Shown here: in pieces, positions 23,741 to 35,556 of the stretch
How positions within the stretch are numbered: the stretch's first letter is position 1
Layout of the letters: every line of letters starts with the position of its first letter
Assembly (NCBI GenBank): GCA_001599295.1
Contig: BCGN01000009.1
Coordinates: 372,001 to 436,000, forward strand
Origin: Sporopachydermia quercuum
Lineage: Eukaryota
DNA length: 64,000 nucleotides
Direction of reading: 5' to 3'
The notes under the pieces: generated by a model
Databases searched by the model: none
What the model saw: the letters and a program-made list of their open reading frames with translations, nothing else
Told to the model about the DNA's origin: nothing
Position numbers and translations under genes: made by a program

Positions 23741-25639
23741 ATGTCTTCATTTAGGAAGAAGAAGGCCAAAGTTGTTCTTTCNTTGTTTGATCAGGATAGA
23801 GATGGTGATAAAGTCAAAGAGCCCGATAGCAATATTGTTACTGAAGATCAAACCAATATCGAAGAAAAAGGTAAGTCTAGATTTGAATATTCTGTTGATA
23901 ATGATATTGTGATGNTATAAAAGTGAATGTTTGCTGATAGACACTTCATGTGATAGAGAGATAAGTGGAAGTCAGATAAGGATTATTTGTTTGGCCAATN
24001 CTGCTATAACATCTTTTCTTTTAGTTCTATGAACTGGATTATTAAAGAACGTGAATTGTATTTTACGCTCATCATTTAAATCGGCATATCATACTGCAAT
24101 TACATTGATTTTTGTCATATATGAATTATCAGAAGGGAACATCTGCCTCAAGATTGGAAACTAACAACAATTCATAGGGAAGCCTGTAAAATCAAAATTC
24201 AAACAAAGGAAGAAACTTCCTACAACAACTGTCAACTCTGATAGTAAAAGATCTGTATGTATAATATTACCTGTGCTACTTCTACCGTTAATATTTCCAC
24301 TTGACTGTNACCAATATATTTCTATACTAACATGTATTAGCTAATCGGAACATTAAACGATTCAGAAGAAGAGAATGAATTAGTCATTAAACCTTTGAAA
24401 CTGAAAACGCAACGGAAAGGACTCTTTATCTCAAATGGAACGTCTAAAGAGAGAAGTAGTATAGGTAAGGCTCCCAATTCTAGTTTCAATGTTGACGACG
24501 ATGAATTAGTGCTGAGCAAAACGCAAGCTCAAAAGGATATAATTGAGCTAAACAAACAGGGAGAAAGACTTGATACAGTACTTGACGATAGAGATAATAA
24601 TNCTTATACAGATAGTATAAAGACACTGAGAGACCAAACAGAATCCTTCTCAATTGAGCCGTCTGAGATCCAAGGACGAGAAGTCAGATTTGCAAGTAAT
24701 GATGATTTACATGTTTATGATGCTGATGCAGAATCTTCTATGCNAAATAATGAACACAGCGACGTGGCGGATGGTAGTATTGATGCTAGTCATGTTAACG
24801 ACAGTGGCGATGAGTCCAATACAATTGTTTCAAAGATCGACATAACGATCCCTGACGAAGAAACAATCCAACGAGTAAAGCTACTGCGAAATGCAAAGAT
24901 GAAGCAGCAGGTCAGGATTCTTTTGAGTGACACTGATACTAGTAGTGACANTGACAATGGCAATAATAACGGAAATGAAGAACAGTTCGTCTCAATTGAC
25001 GATGAAAGTGATAACAACAGTAATAGAACCAGCAGCAACCTCTTTAATGCTAATTCTAGTAACCCTTCTAAAAGTTCAAACATTTATGACGATTTTGAAT
25101 TAGAAGGATTTGAATTCCAAGACGAAGATCTGGTACTAGGAAAAGAATCCTATAAAAATGCTCAAGAACTGAAAAGAAAACATATAGAAGAGTTAATAAA
25201 CGAAGCAGAAAGCGAGAATTCTGGTACTAGAATCACTTCTGACAACGACCACACCCATAGACTACCATCCATTCCCACCTCCTGGGAACATGATCAGNTA
25301 ATGAATGGTATGAATAACATGAATAATAATAGGAGTACAATGAAACAGAAAGTCTCTGGCAATATTGGAAACTGTGATAGTATTCAGACCAATGCTTCAA
25401 ACTTACGTCNAATTCCTGATATAAAATTCACATTAAGCAGACTACAAGCTACTTTGAAAAGATTTGAAAGTAAGAAGCAAATAGCTGAAGAGCATCTTGG
25501 AAGTGTAAGGAAAGAATTAGAAGACAATTTGCTGAAACAAGGCTCTGTTAAGAATAGACTCAGTGAAATTAGTAAGAAGTATGAAACTGCTGATGAACTT
25601 GGTACCTTGGTACTGGATGATTGTTATGACTTGTTATAA
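23741..25639 (+). CDS. NTR2: NTR2-family spliceosome-disassembly factor (probable); exons 23741-23870, 24178-24254, 24341-25639
   Basis: IPDEETIQRVK, DEDLVLGKE..KRKHIEELI, WEHDQ and IPDIKFTLSRLQATL plus a C-terminal coiled coil match the fungal Ntr2 pattern. GTAAGT and GTATGT introns with ACTAAC branch points give one frame starting MSSFRKKKAK. Confidence 0.65.
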
Positions 25640-26160
25640 AATGTGAAAGGATAGGATAAATATGAATTGGCTTGTATGATTTATTTTGAAAAGTGAAGAT
25701 AAGAATGATAACAAGAAAAGGTAGGCAAGGAACTGGCAGAATGATAAAGCTGTATATTATATTATTTGTTGTTACAATGCTGCCGTGAATAACAGAATTA
25801 TCTTGGAATAAGAGCAATCATATCTTGAACTCATTGAAGATGAGAGATTGATCCGTCTCTAATATAATTGGATTCCAATATTATGATATACCATACCGTA
25901 CCTACACAGTCAATTACGCATGACAGAAGATTCTAACGGTGACAGCAATGCCTAATTTACATAGCAACTCATAAGCAAATGTATTATATTTATTATAAGA
26001 TAGATAAAAAGTATACATACAAATGAAAGTACGTCAGTAAATTGTAGTAAGTGAGAACGAATTCAAACCATGAAACATGACATGATCCTAGTTTAACGAG
26101 ACCCGAACATTTTCTAACTGCTCATATCAACTANCAAACACTATTTCCTATCATTCATAA

Positions 26161-26811
26161 TCACAATTCATCCTTTACAACTTTTTCCTTTGTCTCCTCT
26201 TTGGCTTCCCCTGCTTCTCCTTCATCTTCTAACTCGCCAGCATCAACAATAGTAATCTCAGTCTTTGGAACACTTCCCTTGACTGGAGTATTTTCAATTG
26301 CACGTAGAACATCCATGCCTTCAATAACCTGACCAAAGACAACATGTCGTCCATCCAACCAGTCAGTGACGACAGTAGTAATAAAGAACTGACTACCATT
26401 AGTGTCTCTACCAGCATTAGCCATACTTAATCTACCAGGTCTATCATGCTTCAATTGAAAGTTTTCGTCCTTGAATCTAGCACCGTAAATTGACTTTCCT
26501 CCTCTTCCGTTTCTCAACTCAAAATCACCTCCTTGAACCATAAAATCCTTGATAACTCTATGGAAAATCGAATTATGGTAACCCTTTGATGGATCTTCTT
26601 CAATAGCNAGTTGTCGGAAATTTTCGACAGTCTTGGGAACAACAGTGCCGAAAAGACCAAATATAATTCTACCCAAGTATTCATCGCCACGATTAATATC
26701 AAAGTATACTTTGTTGGTGATTTCTGGATCCTCTGGTAAGGATTTGGCTGAAATCGTGAGTGAGCCAATAGCAAGAGCTAAGAGCAATGGCAAAAATGAT
26801 AGCAGTTTCAT
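26161..26811 (-). CDS. CPR5: ER cyclophilin (cyclophilin B type peptidyl-prolyl isomerase) with signal peptide and KDEL
   Basis: Signal peptide [60 protein letters not shown]; ends KDEL. Confidence 0.9.
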   Translation of the reverse strand: MKLLSFLPLLLALAIGSLTISAKSLPEDPEITNKVYFDINRGDEYLGRIIFGLFGTVVPKTVENFRQXAIEEDPSKGYHNSIFHRVIKDFMVQGGDFELRNGRGGKSIYGARFKDENFQLKHDRPGRLSMANAGRDTNGSQFFITTVVTDWLDGRHVVFGQVIEGMDVLRAIENTPVKGSVPKTEITIVDAGELEDEGEAGEAKEETKEKVVKDEL

Positions 26812-27579
26812 AGTTGTAATTCGTGTTACGAAAAGATAGAAAAGGCAAAATAAGCAAAACAATAAAATCTTAACTAAATCACTCGAGGGTTTGATTGATC
26901 GACAAAGAAAAGATAGTTAAAATTACGATTATATGTTGCAACTGATCACTTATATACGTATATATCTGTTTGATGACGGTAACAGAGGAGAGTTGCCAAT
27001 TGAAAGGACAAATGGTAGAAAATGAGAGGAGATGTTGTGTATGAGACGAGACTTAAAGCCCGAAAGGGTATGATATGACGAGTACTTGGTGCTTCGAATA
27101 GCAACTTATTGAGCAGAAATAATAACTTTGAGACGGGGTACTTAAAAGAAGTATTACATGTGTCCGGAAACCAGAACTCGTTTACATTTGTATACTATCT
27201 TCTTGGAAACTATCATGTATTAAAAGCTGTCAATCACACAGGCAGTGAGAAGCATAATTAAGGTTCAACAGATATGCAAGATCATGCAGANATATGAACC
27301 TTAATTTGTATTCTAAATGTTATTCTAGCACTTCTGTTCGAATTATTTCAATCAATAATATACAATATCTTAACAGTGAATGCTACAATTATTCAACTCC
27401 AATGTTTCTACACAAACTCATATTCTAATAATAATTACATCTATTATACAAAATAGGACACGAAATCTAGAACAGTACCCTCCGACGAAGAACTTATGAA
27501 TACTATCCTCCAGCATCCCCTAGTATACTCTGAAGTCATACTCTCAAGCTACCCTTTCAAATCCCGACTAATTCCTATT

Positions 27580-30500
27580 CTACCAGAATGAACTACTATT
27601 AGGAAACATCTCACTGAAACTGCTACGGCTCATACCGTTAAAGTAATTCCTTGAATCAATAAACTCTAACGAGTCTCCATATTCTGATGTGGATAACATT
27701 GGATCTTGTGTTTGAATCTCTCCAGAAATATTAGTAGCACTATTGCTATTACTATTGGAAATAGCCATTGGATTATAACTATTGCCAATGCCCTGATCAT
27801 CGCCTTCGAGTCCCTGATCAGTCATGTACTGGAACACATCAGCATCCATTTCGTTAAATATTTCTCTCAATGAACGTTCAAAGTTACCATCAGATAGACG
27901 TTGCGCATTGGTTGATGGAATTTCTTGTTGACCATCATTAGTAGCAGTAGTAGCAGCGTTGGGAGTAATAGAAGGTATGGCAGCTGCAGTACCAGGAGTA
28001 TTAGGATCTAATATTGTAGATGTTGGTGTAAGCTGGTTGTTTGGCTGAATCGAANCACTATTGATGCTATTCATTCGATGCATCGATGGTACATGAGGAA
28101 CTTGTGGAGAATACAATTCTTGCTGCGGTTGTCCTTGAGTCTGCCCCTGCATCGTGGGTTGCTGACCTACTCCTCCAATTTCAAACATGTTCATGCTTGG
28201 AATAGTAGAATACATCAACTGCGGTCTTGCCATGCTATAATCACCAAGAANCATCTGATTATTCATTTGAAAATTTCCTTGTGAATGCATAGGAGGTTGC
28301 GTTGCAGAATGTAAAGGTGTCACTGACCGTGAAGAATGTAATGAATGACTGGAGGGTGCTGGATATTGATTATTCATTGAAGGATGCTGATACATAGCTT
28401 GGGCCATAAACTGCTGTTGCATTTGTTGTTGTTGTTGTTGTTGTTGTTGTTGCTGTTGTTGGTGAACCTGGGAAAGGTTTACTCGTTGTGAATGCTCTTG
28501 TTGGCTATATTTACTACTTTGTTGATGCTGTTTTACACTGGGTCCTTGTTTATTTTCTGTCTTTTCCTGCTCTTTAACTTTTTCCTTATCAGTAGCATGT
28601 TTCGGTAGAGTCATATTCTCAACAGCCCTTTCATTCCCAAGTTCATCCAACAATTTCACTAAAGAAACATTCTCACCGTCAGATGAAAAACTACTAGAAG
28701 CTTTCATCCATTTCTCAACTCTTTTCAATATAGAATACATCTTCTGGGCTACTATTGATTTCTTCAGCTCATTACTCATAGCCTGGTTGACTCTTTCATA
28801 TTCTCTCTCGGCATTTATTTCTATATCCATTCTTTGAGACCTTACTATCAACCTCGCCCTAATAAGGGCAACTAATGCATGCATAGGTCTATAATAGAAA
28901 AAGGTTGGATATTTAAATGTTTGCTCTGATAGATTAANATAGGCATCAATTACTTTCTCAGCACCAGCAATCAATTTAACCAATGATCCAGTAAAAAAAT
29001 GTGTAATACTAGCATTGGTATTACTCCCGGACTGTTGAGGATTGCTGCATAACAGCCGATATACCGTATAATCATACATACTCATAAGCAGCTGATAATA
29101 TATTATCTCATATAAATATCTTGGTTTTGAGTCAACTGTAAGGATATCCGACTGATTTGACAGCTGTTGCATTCTTCTTTCATAGTTAACAGTAATAGTA
29201 CTCAATTGACCAACCGTCAGACCTATATTGTTTCCCCCATTATTACTATTACTATTGTTTCCATCACTAGGACATAAAACATCAAACATCTCTTGCCCAA
29301 TAGCTATTAGCCTACCAAATTGCACCAGGAACTTATCGCCAGGTTCCACTTGGCCTTTCAGCAAAGCGTCACATGCATTTTCATGGCTTTTGCTCCATGA
29401 CACAAGCTTGAACCTTGGCAAACTTAATCCCAAAGAACCACAACAACAATAAACTTCCATAAACGCCCTGATGGCTTTGCGATCATCCGAGTTCGTGGAT
29501 AAATAATTATTTGATAGTTTGTATCTCTCGTTGCCAACATCTAANCACAAAGACAGATTTAAAGCAATTAGCAAATGCATTTGGTGTTTGTAACTTCCCC
29601 AATGTTTTGGAGGTGTGCTCCATAATGATAGAACGATGTATATTTGGATAAGATCAACAGTTAAATCACCAGTAATATTTACCCTCTGAGCAAGATTTCT
29701 TTCTAAATAATAAACGAGCGTATCATGTAACTCCGGTGAGTTCAAGGCTGTGACTGATAGAAAAGATAGAAGCACTAATGGTTTTTCTTCAATCAAATAC
29801 TCAAAAGACCAGCTTGAAGGAATTGGTACACAGGGCCAATAGCAAATCATTTGATCAAGAAATATCTTATACATCTTAGATGCCACTGATTTAGTGATTA
29901 TGTTTAATCTGAATAATTCTTTCATAACATTTCTTTCGTAAGGGATAGCAGGTAATCTAGAAATCATTCTCACAGGGCCATCTTTGATTGAATTGATAGT
30001 TGAAGCGAGTTGTGTATGATTGAGTTGTGATTGACGAGATTGCTGTTTTATTAGTTGATCCATCAGTAGTTGAAGTTCATTTATTTGATATTGAAGTTGT
30101 AGAAGTTTATCATTCGAAGGAATAACTATAGATGATGTAGCGTTGGTAGATTCAGTAGCATCGGTTTTAGTATCTTTATTATTGACGCTACTGCCGGGAA
30201 TGTTATTGGTATAATTTGCTGTATTGTTATCGTTGTTGGTTTGCTTACCTCCAATCAATTCATTGGAATCATTTATCTGTGTATCAACGTTTTCAGGATT
30301 TGAATTTCCGTTAGAGTCACTGCTGTGATTTGTCTTTTGCACATTTCTCTCATTCGGCCCCATCAAATTGCTTATAATACTGTACATATCATAGATGCAT
30401 TGTTCTAGCTCTTCGGCTGGATCATTATTACCAAATCCCCTTTTACGACTACTCCTTTTCCTAGCAGAATTAGATGTTGAAGATGAAGATTTGGATATTT

Positions 30501-30897
30501 TCGAAGGTGTGTTCATAGGATGATTCATGTCATTTTTACTGTTGACCAACGAGCACTGGACTCCAGCCGAAAAACATCTTCTACAAGCTGCATATGAAGG
30601 ATCATCATAGGCGCAGCGAACCTTCAACCTTCTACATCTTTCGCACGCATGTTGCTGTCTCCATTTTGCAGAAAAATTTACTGCAGTCACTTTTGGTGCT
30701 GAAGAGGATGATGTCGTTGTTGATGTTGTAGTTGCATTTATTGTATTAGTCAAAGTATTATTAGAAGGAAAACTGGCGGGATTAGAGGCATCGGTTGCTG
30801 CAGTACCTGAAGAACTAGCTACTGGCTCACTGGAAATACCATATGATGAAGAACTTGATTCAGATTTCCTTATTGGAGCTCCACTTGAGTTGTCCAT
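27580..30897 (-). CDS. WAR1: Zn2Cys6 transcription factor, War1-like (weak-acid response)
   Basis: ACERCRRLKVRC..CRRC..C cluster; middle region VYCCCGSLGLSLPRF and YPTFFYYRPMHALVALIR resembles War1; Q-rich C-terminus. Confidence 0.72.
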   Translation of the reverse strand: MDNSSGAPIRKSESSSSSYGISSEPVASSSGTAATDASNPASFPSNNTLTNTINATTTSTTTSSSSAPKVTAVNFSAKWRQQHACERCRRLKVRCAYDDPSYAACRRCFSAGVQCSLVNSKNDMNHPMNTPSKISKSSSSTSNSARKRSSRKRGFGNNDPAEELEQCIYDMYSIISNLMGPNERNVQKTNHSSDSNGNSNPENVDTQINDSNELIGGKQTNNDNNTANYTNNIPGSSVNNKDTKTDATESTNATSSIVIPSNDKLLQLQYQINELQLLMDQLIKQQSRQSQLNHTQLASTINSIKDGPVRMISRLPAIPYERNVMKELFRLNIITKSVASKMYKIFLDQMICYWPCVPIPSSWSFEYLIEEKPLVLLSFLSVTALNSPELHDTLVYYLERNLAQRVNITGDLTVDLIQIYIVLSLWSTPPKHWGSYKHQMHLLIALNLSLXLDVGNERYKLSNNYLSTNSDDRKAIRAFMEVYCCCGSLGLSLPRFKLVSWSKSHENACDALLKGQVEPGDKFLVQFGRLIAIGQEMFDVLCPSDGNNSNSNNGGNNIGLTVGQLSTITVNYERRMQQLSNQSDILTVDSKPRYLYEIIYYQLLMSMYDYTVYRLLCSNPQQSGSNTNASITHFFTGSLVKLIAGAEKVIDAYXNLSEQTFKYPTFFYYRPMHALVALIRARLIVRSQRMDIEINAEREYERVNQAMSNELKKSIVAQKMYSILKRVEKWMKASSSFSSDGENVSLVKLLDELGNERAVENMTLPKHATDKEKVKEQEKTENKQGPSVKQHQQSSKYSQQEHSQRVNLSQVHQQQQQQQQQQQQQMQQQFMAQAMYQHPSMNNQYPAPSSHSLHSSRSVTPLHSATQPPMHSQGNFQMNNQMXLGDYSMARPQLMYSTIPSMNMFEIGGVGQQPTMQGQTQGQPQQELYSPQVPHVPSMHRMNSINSXSIQPNNQLTPTSTILDPNTPGTAAAIPSITPNAATTATNDGQQEIPSTNAQRLSDGNFERSLREIFNEMDADVFQYMTDQGLEGDDQGIGNSYNPMAISNSNSNSATNISGEIQTQDPMLSTSEYGDSLEFIDSRNYFNGMSRSSFSEMFPNSSSFW
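28411..28461 (-). repeat. polyglutamine (CAA/CAG) tract in the War1-like factor
   Basis: (TTG)n run on the + strand encoding Q13-M-Q3. Confidence 0.9.
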
Positions 30898-32202
30898 TTT
30901 CCACTAGCTGTATTGATTTCAAACAATCAGACTATCAGACTATCAGCTTAAAATACGATACCTTCTATTGAGGGTTGGTAGACAGATATGAGTTGAACAA
31001 ATGTGTGTAAATCAAGTTACCGCTACCGAAACTAAGAAATGAAAAAGTAGAAGAGTAGAAACAACTATGGATGTATCTTGACAGTAGATACTATCTATTT
31101 CTATGAGGTGCCTGTTTACTTGTAGCTCCTGATAATGTTCTCAGAGAAAACCATCTACCTCTTGCAAGAGATCTTCAAATCAAAACCGCAATCAAANTGA
31201 TACAAGCAGTAAGCCAAAGATGTTCTACTTCACTTGTTTCTTTTTCACCTTCTAGATCCAATTCTATACAATCTTGTGATGTTGATGGTGAGTCGTCGCT
31301 AGCTATCAGCTTGTCTCCCATAAGATCAATTGATAAGAATGAGGTACACTTTCAACAAGAAGAATACTAAATTCATAAAAACTAGTAAATGTGTGACAAA
31401 CAATTTGTTACAATATTGTACTGAAGAAGTAATAAAAGCAAATATTAGGAAGTGTGAATTATTGATAATAGAAAGAAAAAGGTTCTCATAGTAAAGAAAA
31501 ATGTGAAGGTGAAGCAGCAAGTAAACTCTAATATTTAAGTTCAACTAAGTGGTAAAACTTTAATCTAATCTACGAACAAAATGTACATTTCAATTATCTG
31601 CCGGAGGTATGAGATTGGATAGATATGATAAGAACAGAGAGAACTGCGCTAAACTGATAGATGATGGATATTAAATAGATGACTGTAAAATAATTACTGA
31701 TCGGGGGAAAACATTAATTAAAAAGCAGCTCTAAGAGAATTCTTTTCTCCTAACAATAAGCAGCCATGGAAACAAATCAACTTTAATACTCAATTGGGCG
31801 AAAAACTCAAGTTATCTATCTAATTTTCGAAGTTTAATCATCAACTTCAAAGCCAAACAGATAATTACAAAACAAGATGTAGCATAGGTCCAATTTATTC
31901 ATATTTTATACATATCAACAAACCATGATAATATATTGTAGAAATCAGATTAAAGAATGAATATATACAAAACCTGGTATGACACAGTAGTGTACTTTGA
32001 ACACTGCATACCAGGCACAAACTGAATTGAAATTCGTGTACTAAACACAGGAGATCCTACATTCATTCGGAGATCTCCGATAATGCTCTGTCCGAAAACA
32101 GGATGAGAAAGAATAAACCTTAGTCACATGACTATTATTAATTCGACATCACATAATTGTCTTGTACTTGCGCTGTCTGACAGTTATCTTTTTTTTTTTT
32201 GC

Positions 32203-35200
32203 TTATTTAACATTAAACAGACTGTCAGGATTAAATAGATCATTTGCAGTCTTGTTGGTTCCGTACTTATTAACGGTTCCCAGAGCACTGGTTGAATCAA
32301 TACTGAATGTTGCTCCATANTCATAACTGTATTCACCATTTGAATCTAGAAAGTTTGCCCAATAATTCTCATCTTCAAATATATCCTTATAAGGAGTCAG
32401 TTCATCGCCCAAAACAGACATATCTATCTCTGGGAAACTTATGGTTCCAGAGGCGCTTGAGGCTTTACTGTCTTGATACAAATTGGTGATCGAACTAGTT
32501 GGAGTTTCTCCAATGTATGATTGACTCTCAATGGTGTTATTGTTTGCTGCCTCAGCTTCTTGTAGAAACAACTTATANGAACTTGAGGTTTTAACTCCAA
32601 TATGTGCGCTTTCCATAAGCTTGTCGACATCTACTATAACATTATTGACTGGCACGCCTTTGCCAGAAGTTGAGACAACTGACCTATGACCCGATGACTC
32701 AGTAAACTTACTATGAAAATAATTCAAGAAAAATCGAACCAGTTGCGAAATCTTCCACGATCTGTATCTCAAACTTGACTGTGACTTACATTCTCTATAG
32801 AAACTGTTCACGTAAGTTAACAATGTATCAGAAGCTTTAACCTCAGATTCAGCTATGGCTGCATACCAATCCGATAAAAGCATTGAGTCGATACTTTTGA
32901 ATTTAGGCTCTGTAGCTCTGAAACTAAACATGCCTAATTTGTTTCTAATACAAACAGAAGAGATCAACTGCAAGCCTCTTTGAGTGGCAAAATAAATACT
33001 GGAATAAATAAAATTCTCAAACTCACCATCAAAGCAAACGTCAGCGTATTTGGTAAAATCTAGGGAAGCTTTGAACAGAATGACACAGTACTGCAGACTT
33101 GAACTAGAATATCTCTGTTGCAATACAACTTCACCTGAATCACAAGACAAATAAAGAATATAATAAATGAGATAGACCACAGTAGTAGTGATCATTCTTA
33201 AGCACATAAGAGAAGCCAGATGACTCAGCTCAGATGTGCTCTTATTTTGACCATTCTGTCTAGTCAATTCATAGAAAGAAGGNATTTCTTCGTTAAGAAT
33301 ATATTCAAGCTTTATCACATCAGATTCTAAGTCTGAACGTTTGGGCGGATTAATAATATTGGTACACTTGTTCATCATGTTGCGTAAAGTTCTGGTGAGA
33401 GAGTATTGTATTTTCATATAATCAACTACTTTCTTCTCAACAGGATTGTTCTCATGAATAGGCAACAAAAATGGTAGCTGGATATCAAATATTTCATCAC
33501 TAGGAATGCATAGAGGTGCACCAAAATTCATAGATGATAAAGAATCAAGATAAAGCAATTGATACCATACTTTGCGCCATAAATGTTGGATTCTTTCGTC
33601 TTCAACATATACAAACTGTGAAGGATCTCTATGCAAACCAACACATAATGCCATTCTAATAGCAATAGACAATATAGCATTAGAGTCATAGCCTTCATCG
33701 CCATCTTCGGGAGCGTGAATTCTATACATTCTTAAGAACAATAGACATTGAACCAACTTAAAGGACACTTTTCTCAACAACGAGCAATGTGATAAACATA
33801 GCTTGGCCAAATCAACAAACATTGGAGATATCTCAATACCTTCTCTGCATAGCATATTCAATTTCTCATTTCTGACACTAGTAAAACAAATATGAGGATT
33901 TGGTTTACCCGTTAGATTACCATGAACTTCCATTTGCAAAGATGTGTTTAAATAAGCTATTCTTAATACTATCAAATACAATACCAAGAAAGCGAATGGA
34001 TCTTCACGATCCTTGATAATCATTCTATCAGTCGTTGGATTAAATACGAACGTATAATCAATTTCCTGACGAAATAATTCTTCGTCCAAGAAAGGATAGA
34101 TTGGATAGCAAGCTTCAAAGAACTGATCAACTAATAGACTNCAAACTTCTTTCCTGGGTAGTACAGCCTCAATAGTACTCAATAGATCATGCCGGGTACC
34201 TGCCCTAGCAAACAAGGCATCATTAACACCTTTATCTTCCTCTTCAGTCGGGCAATGTGAGAATTCCTCAGGCTTGGAGTCCGTTGTCTTGAATGTCTGT
34301 TTATCATAATGTGTTTTAAGACATTTCATAAAAGGAACAAGCATATCACTTAAGAAAGGATCATTATTTGACATCGCCATCCACGATGTAGCACCGAAAT
34401 GTACTAATCTGTTATACTTGATAAACAAGGAATCAAACTTCTGAGCAAGATCTAATACTAGATCATCAGCATTCGATAGTATAGATGATTGAGGAGTCAA
34501 GATTTGACTGTGATAANTATCAGATTGACGTAGTAATGACATCGGTGAAGTGTTGTCGGATCCTGTGCTGGGGTCAGTAGGAGAAGACCCTGAGGAATAA
34601 GAAGTTCCACTAGAACTTATTGATTCGCCAGTATGACTACTGGCGCTAGTTGTGGAACGTCTAGCCCCTTCTGGGCTGTAATCTTTATTGTTAATGGAAT
34701 AGGTACTAGAGCCAGCAATAGAAGCACCAGAAGCTGAACCAGACTGAACTGAAGCGTTAGAAGACATTGTTCCTTCCAGTTTCTTGATCCTGTTTTTCAA
34801 TTCGGACAATTCTGCAACCAGTTTTCTGTTCTGGGATTCCAAGGCACCATTTTGCTGTTGGGATGAAGGGCCCATACCCATAGTTTCCCACGGTTGTTCA
34901 TCATAGACGCATAGATGTGTAGTTTTGTTCTGAACACAGCTTTCACAGAATGGTCTTCCTCTGTCACACTATCAAATTGTTAGTATCTAGATACTGAAGT
35001 GTCACGACAATGTGATAAGAATTGAGNGTAACATTGCACCTGATGAGATGCAGCATTATCAAGAAAAGACAATACTATTCAAAACCAATGCAAGTCTGTA
35101 CAAATAGTGCTAACAATTGAAGCTGAGATAAAAANGCTCCCAATCAAAATAAAGCTCATTCTTCGACAGTATCTGACANTAGCACAATGGAATCCTGTTG

Positions 35201-35556
35201 ATATTCTTCAAGTATCAAAGTAATGTCTGTACACGGACATAAGGGACTTAACGAGATGAAACTATAGCAGGCAAAACATCATTACTATCTAGTACTAATA
35301 CTTGTCGTTTTCATGAATATATTCATTCGAATTTAAATAATGCATAATGCATTTCGTTCTCGTTGTAGAATTCCATTGTACTATCATTACAGTGACATGC
35401 TACTTACACCATGTACCACCCCTCGAGTCCTATCACATCATTTCATACTAGAGAATGAGATCCACATAAACATACCTTGATCTTCCTTTTTCTGCACACN
35501 CTACAAGAGATTGGGATCCTCTTTCTGGGCTTCTTGACCTTTTGAGTTGAATCCAT
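32203..35556 (-). CDS. Zn2Cys6 transcription factor, Hap1/Mrr1-like (paralog A); exons 35556-35476, 34968-32203
   Basis: Splicing a 507 nt GTATGT..TACTAAC..TAG intron (35475-34969) restores RKRIPISCxVCRKRKIK|CDRGRPFCESCVQNKTTHLCVY; Fungal_trans region GLHRDP..HLWRKVW. Confidence 0.9.

Noticed and set aside
23871..24024. Earlier acceptor (TTTTAG at 24024) or a snoRNA in NTR2 intron 1
   Set aside because: That acceptor lacks a CTAAC branch point and gives an immediate stop; the TGATG..CTGA spacing is too short for a C/D snoRNA.
32189..32200. A12 run just after the paralog A stop as a retrocopy scar
   Set aside because: The gene retains an intron and no target-site duplication is visible; an ordinary homopolymer.
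35040..35070. CTGATGA as a hammerhead ribozyme core
   Set aside because: No stem II closed directly by GAAA, and no stems I/III with an NUH site.
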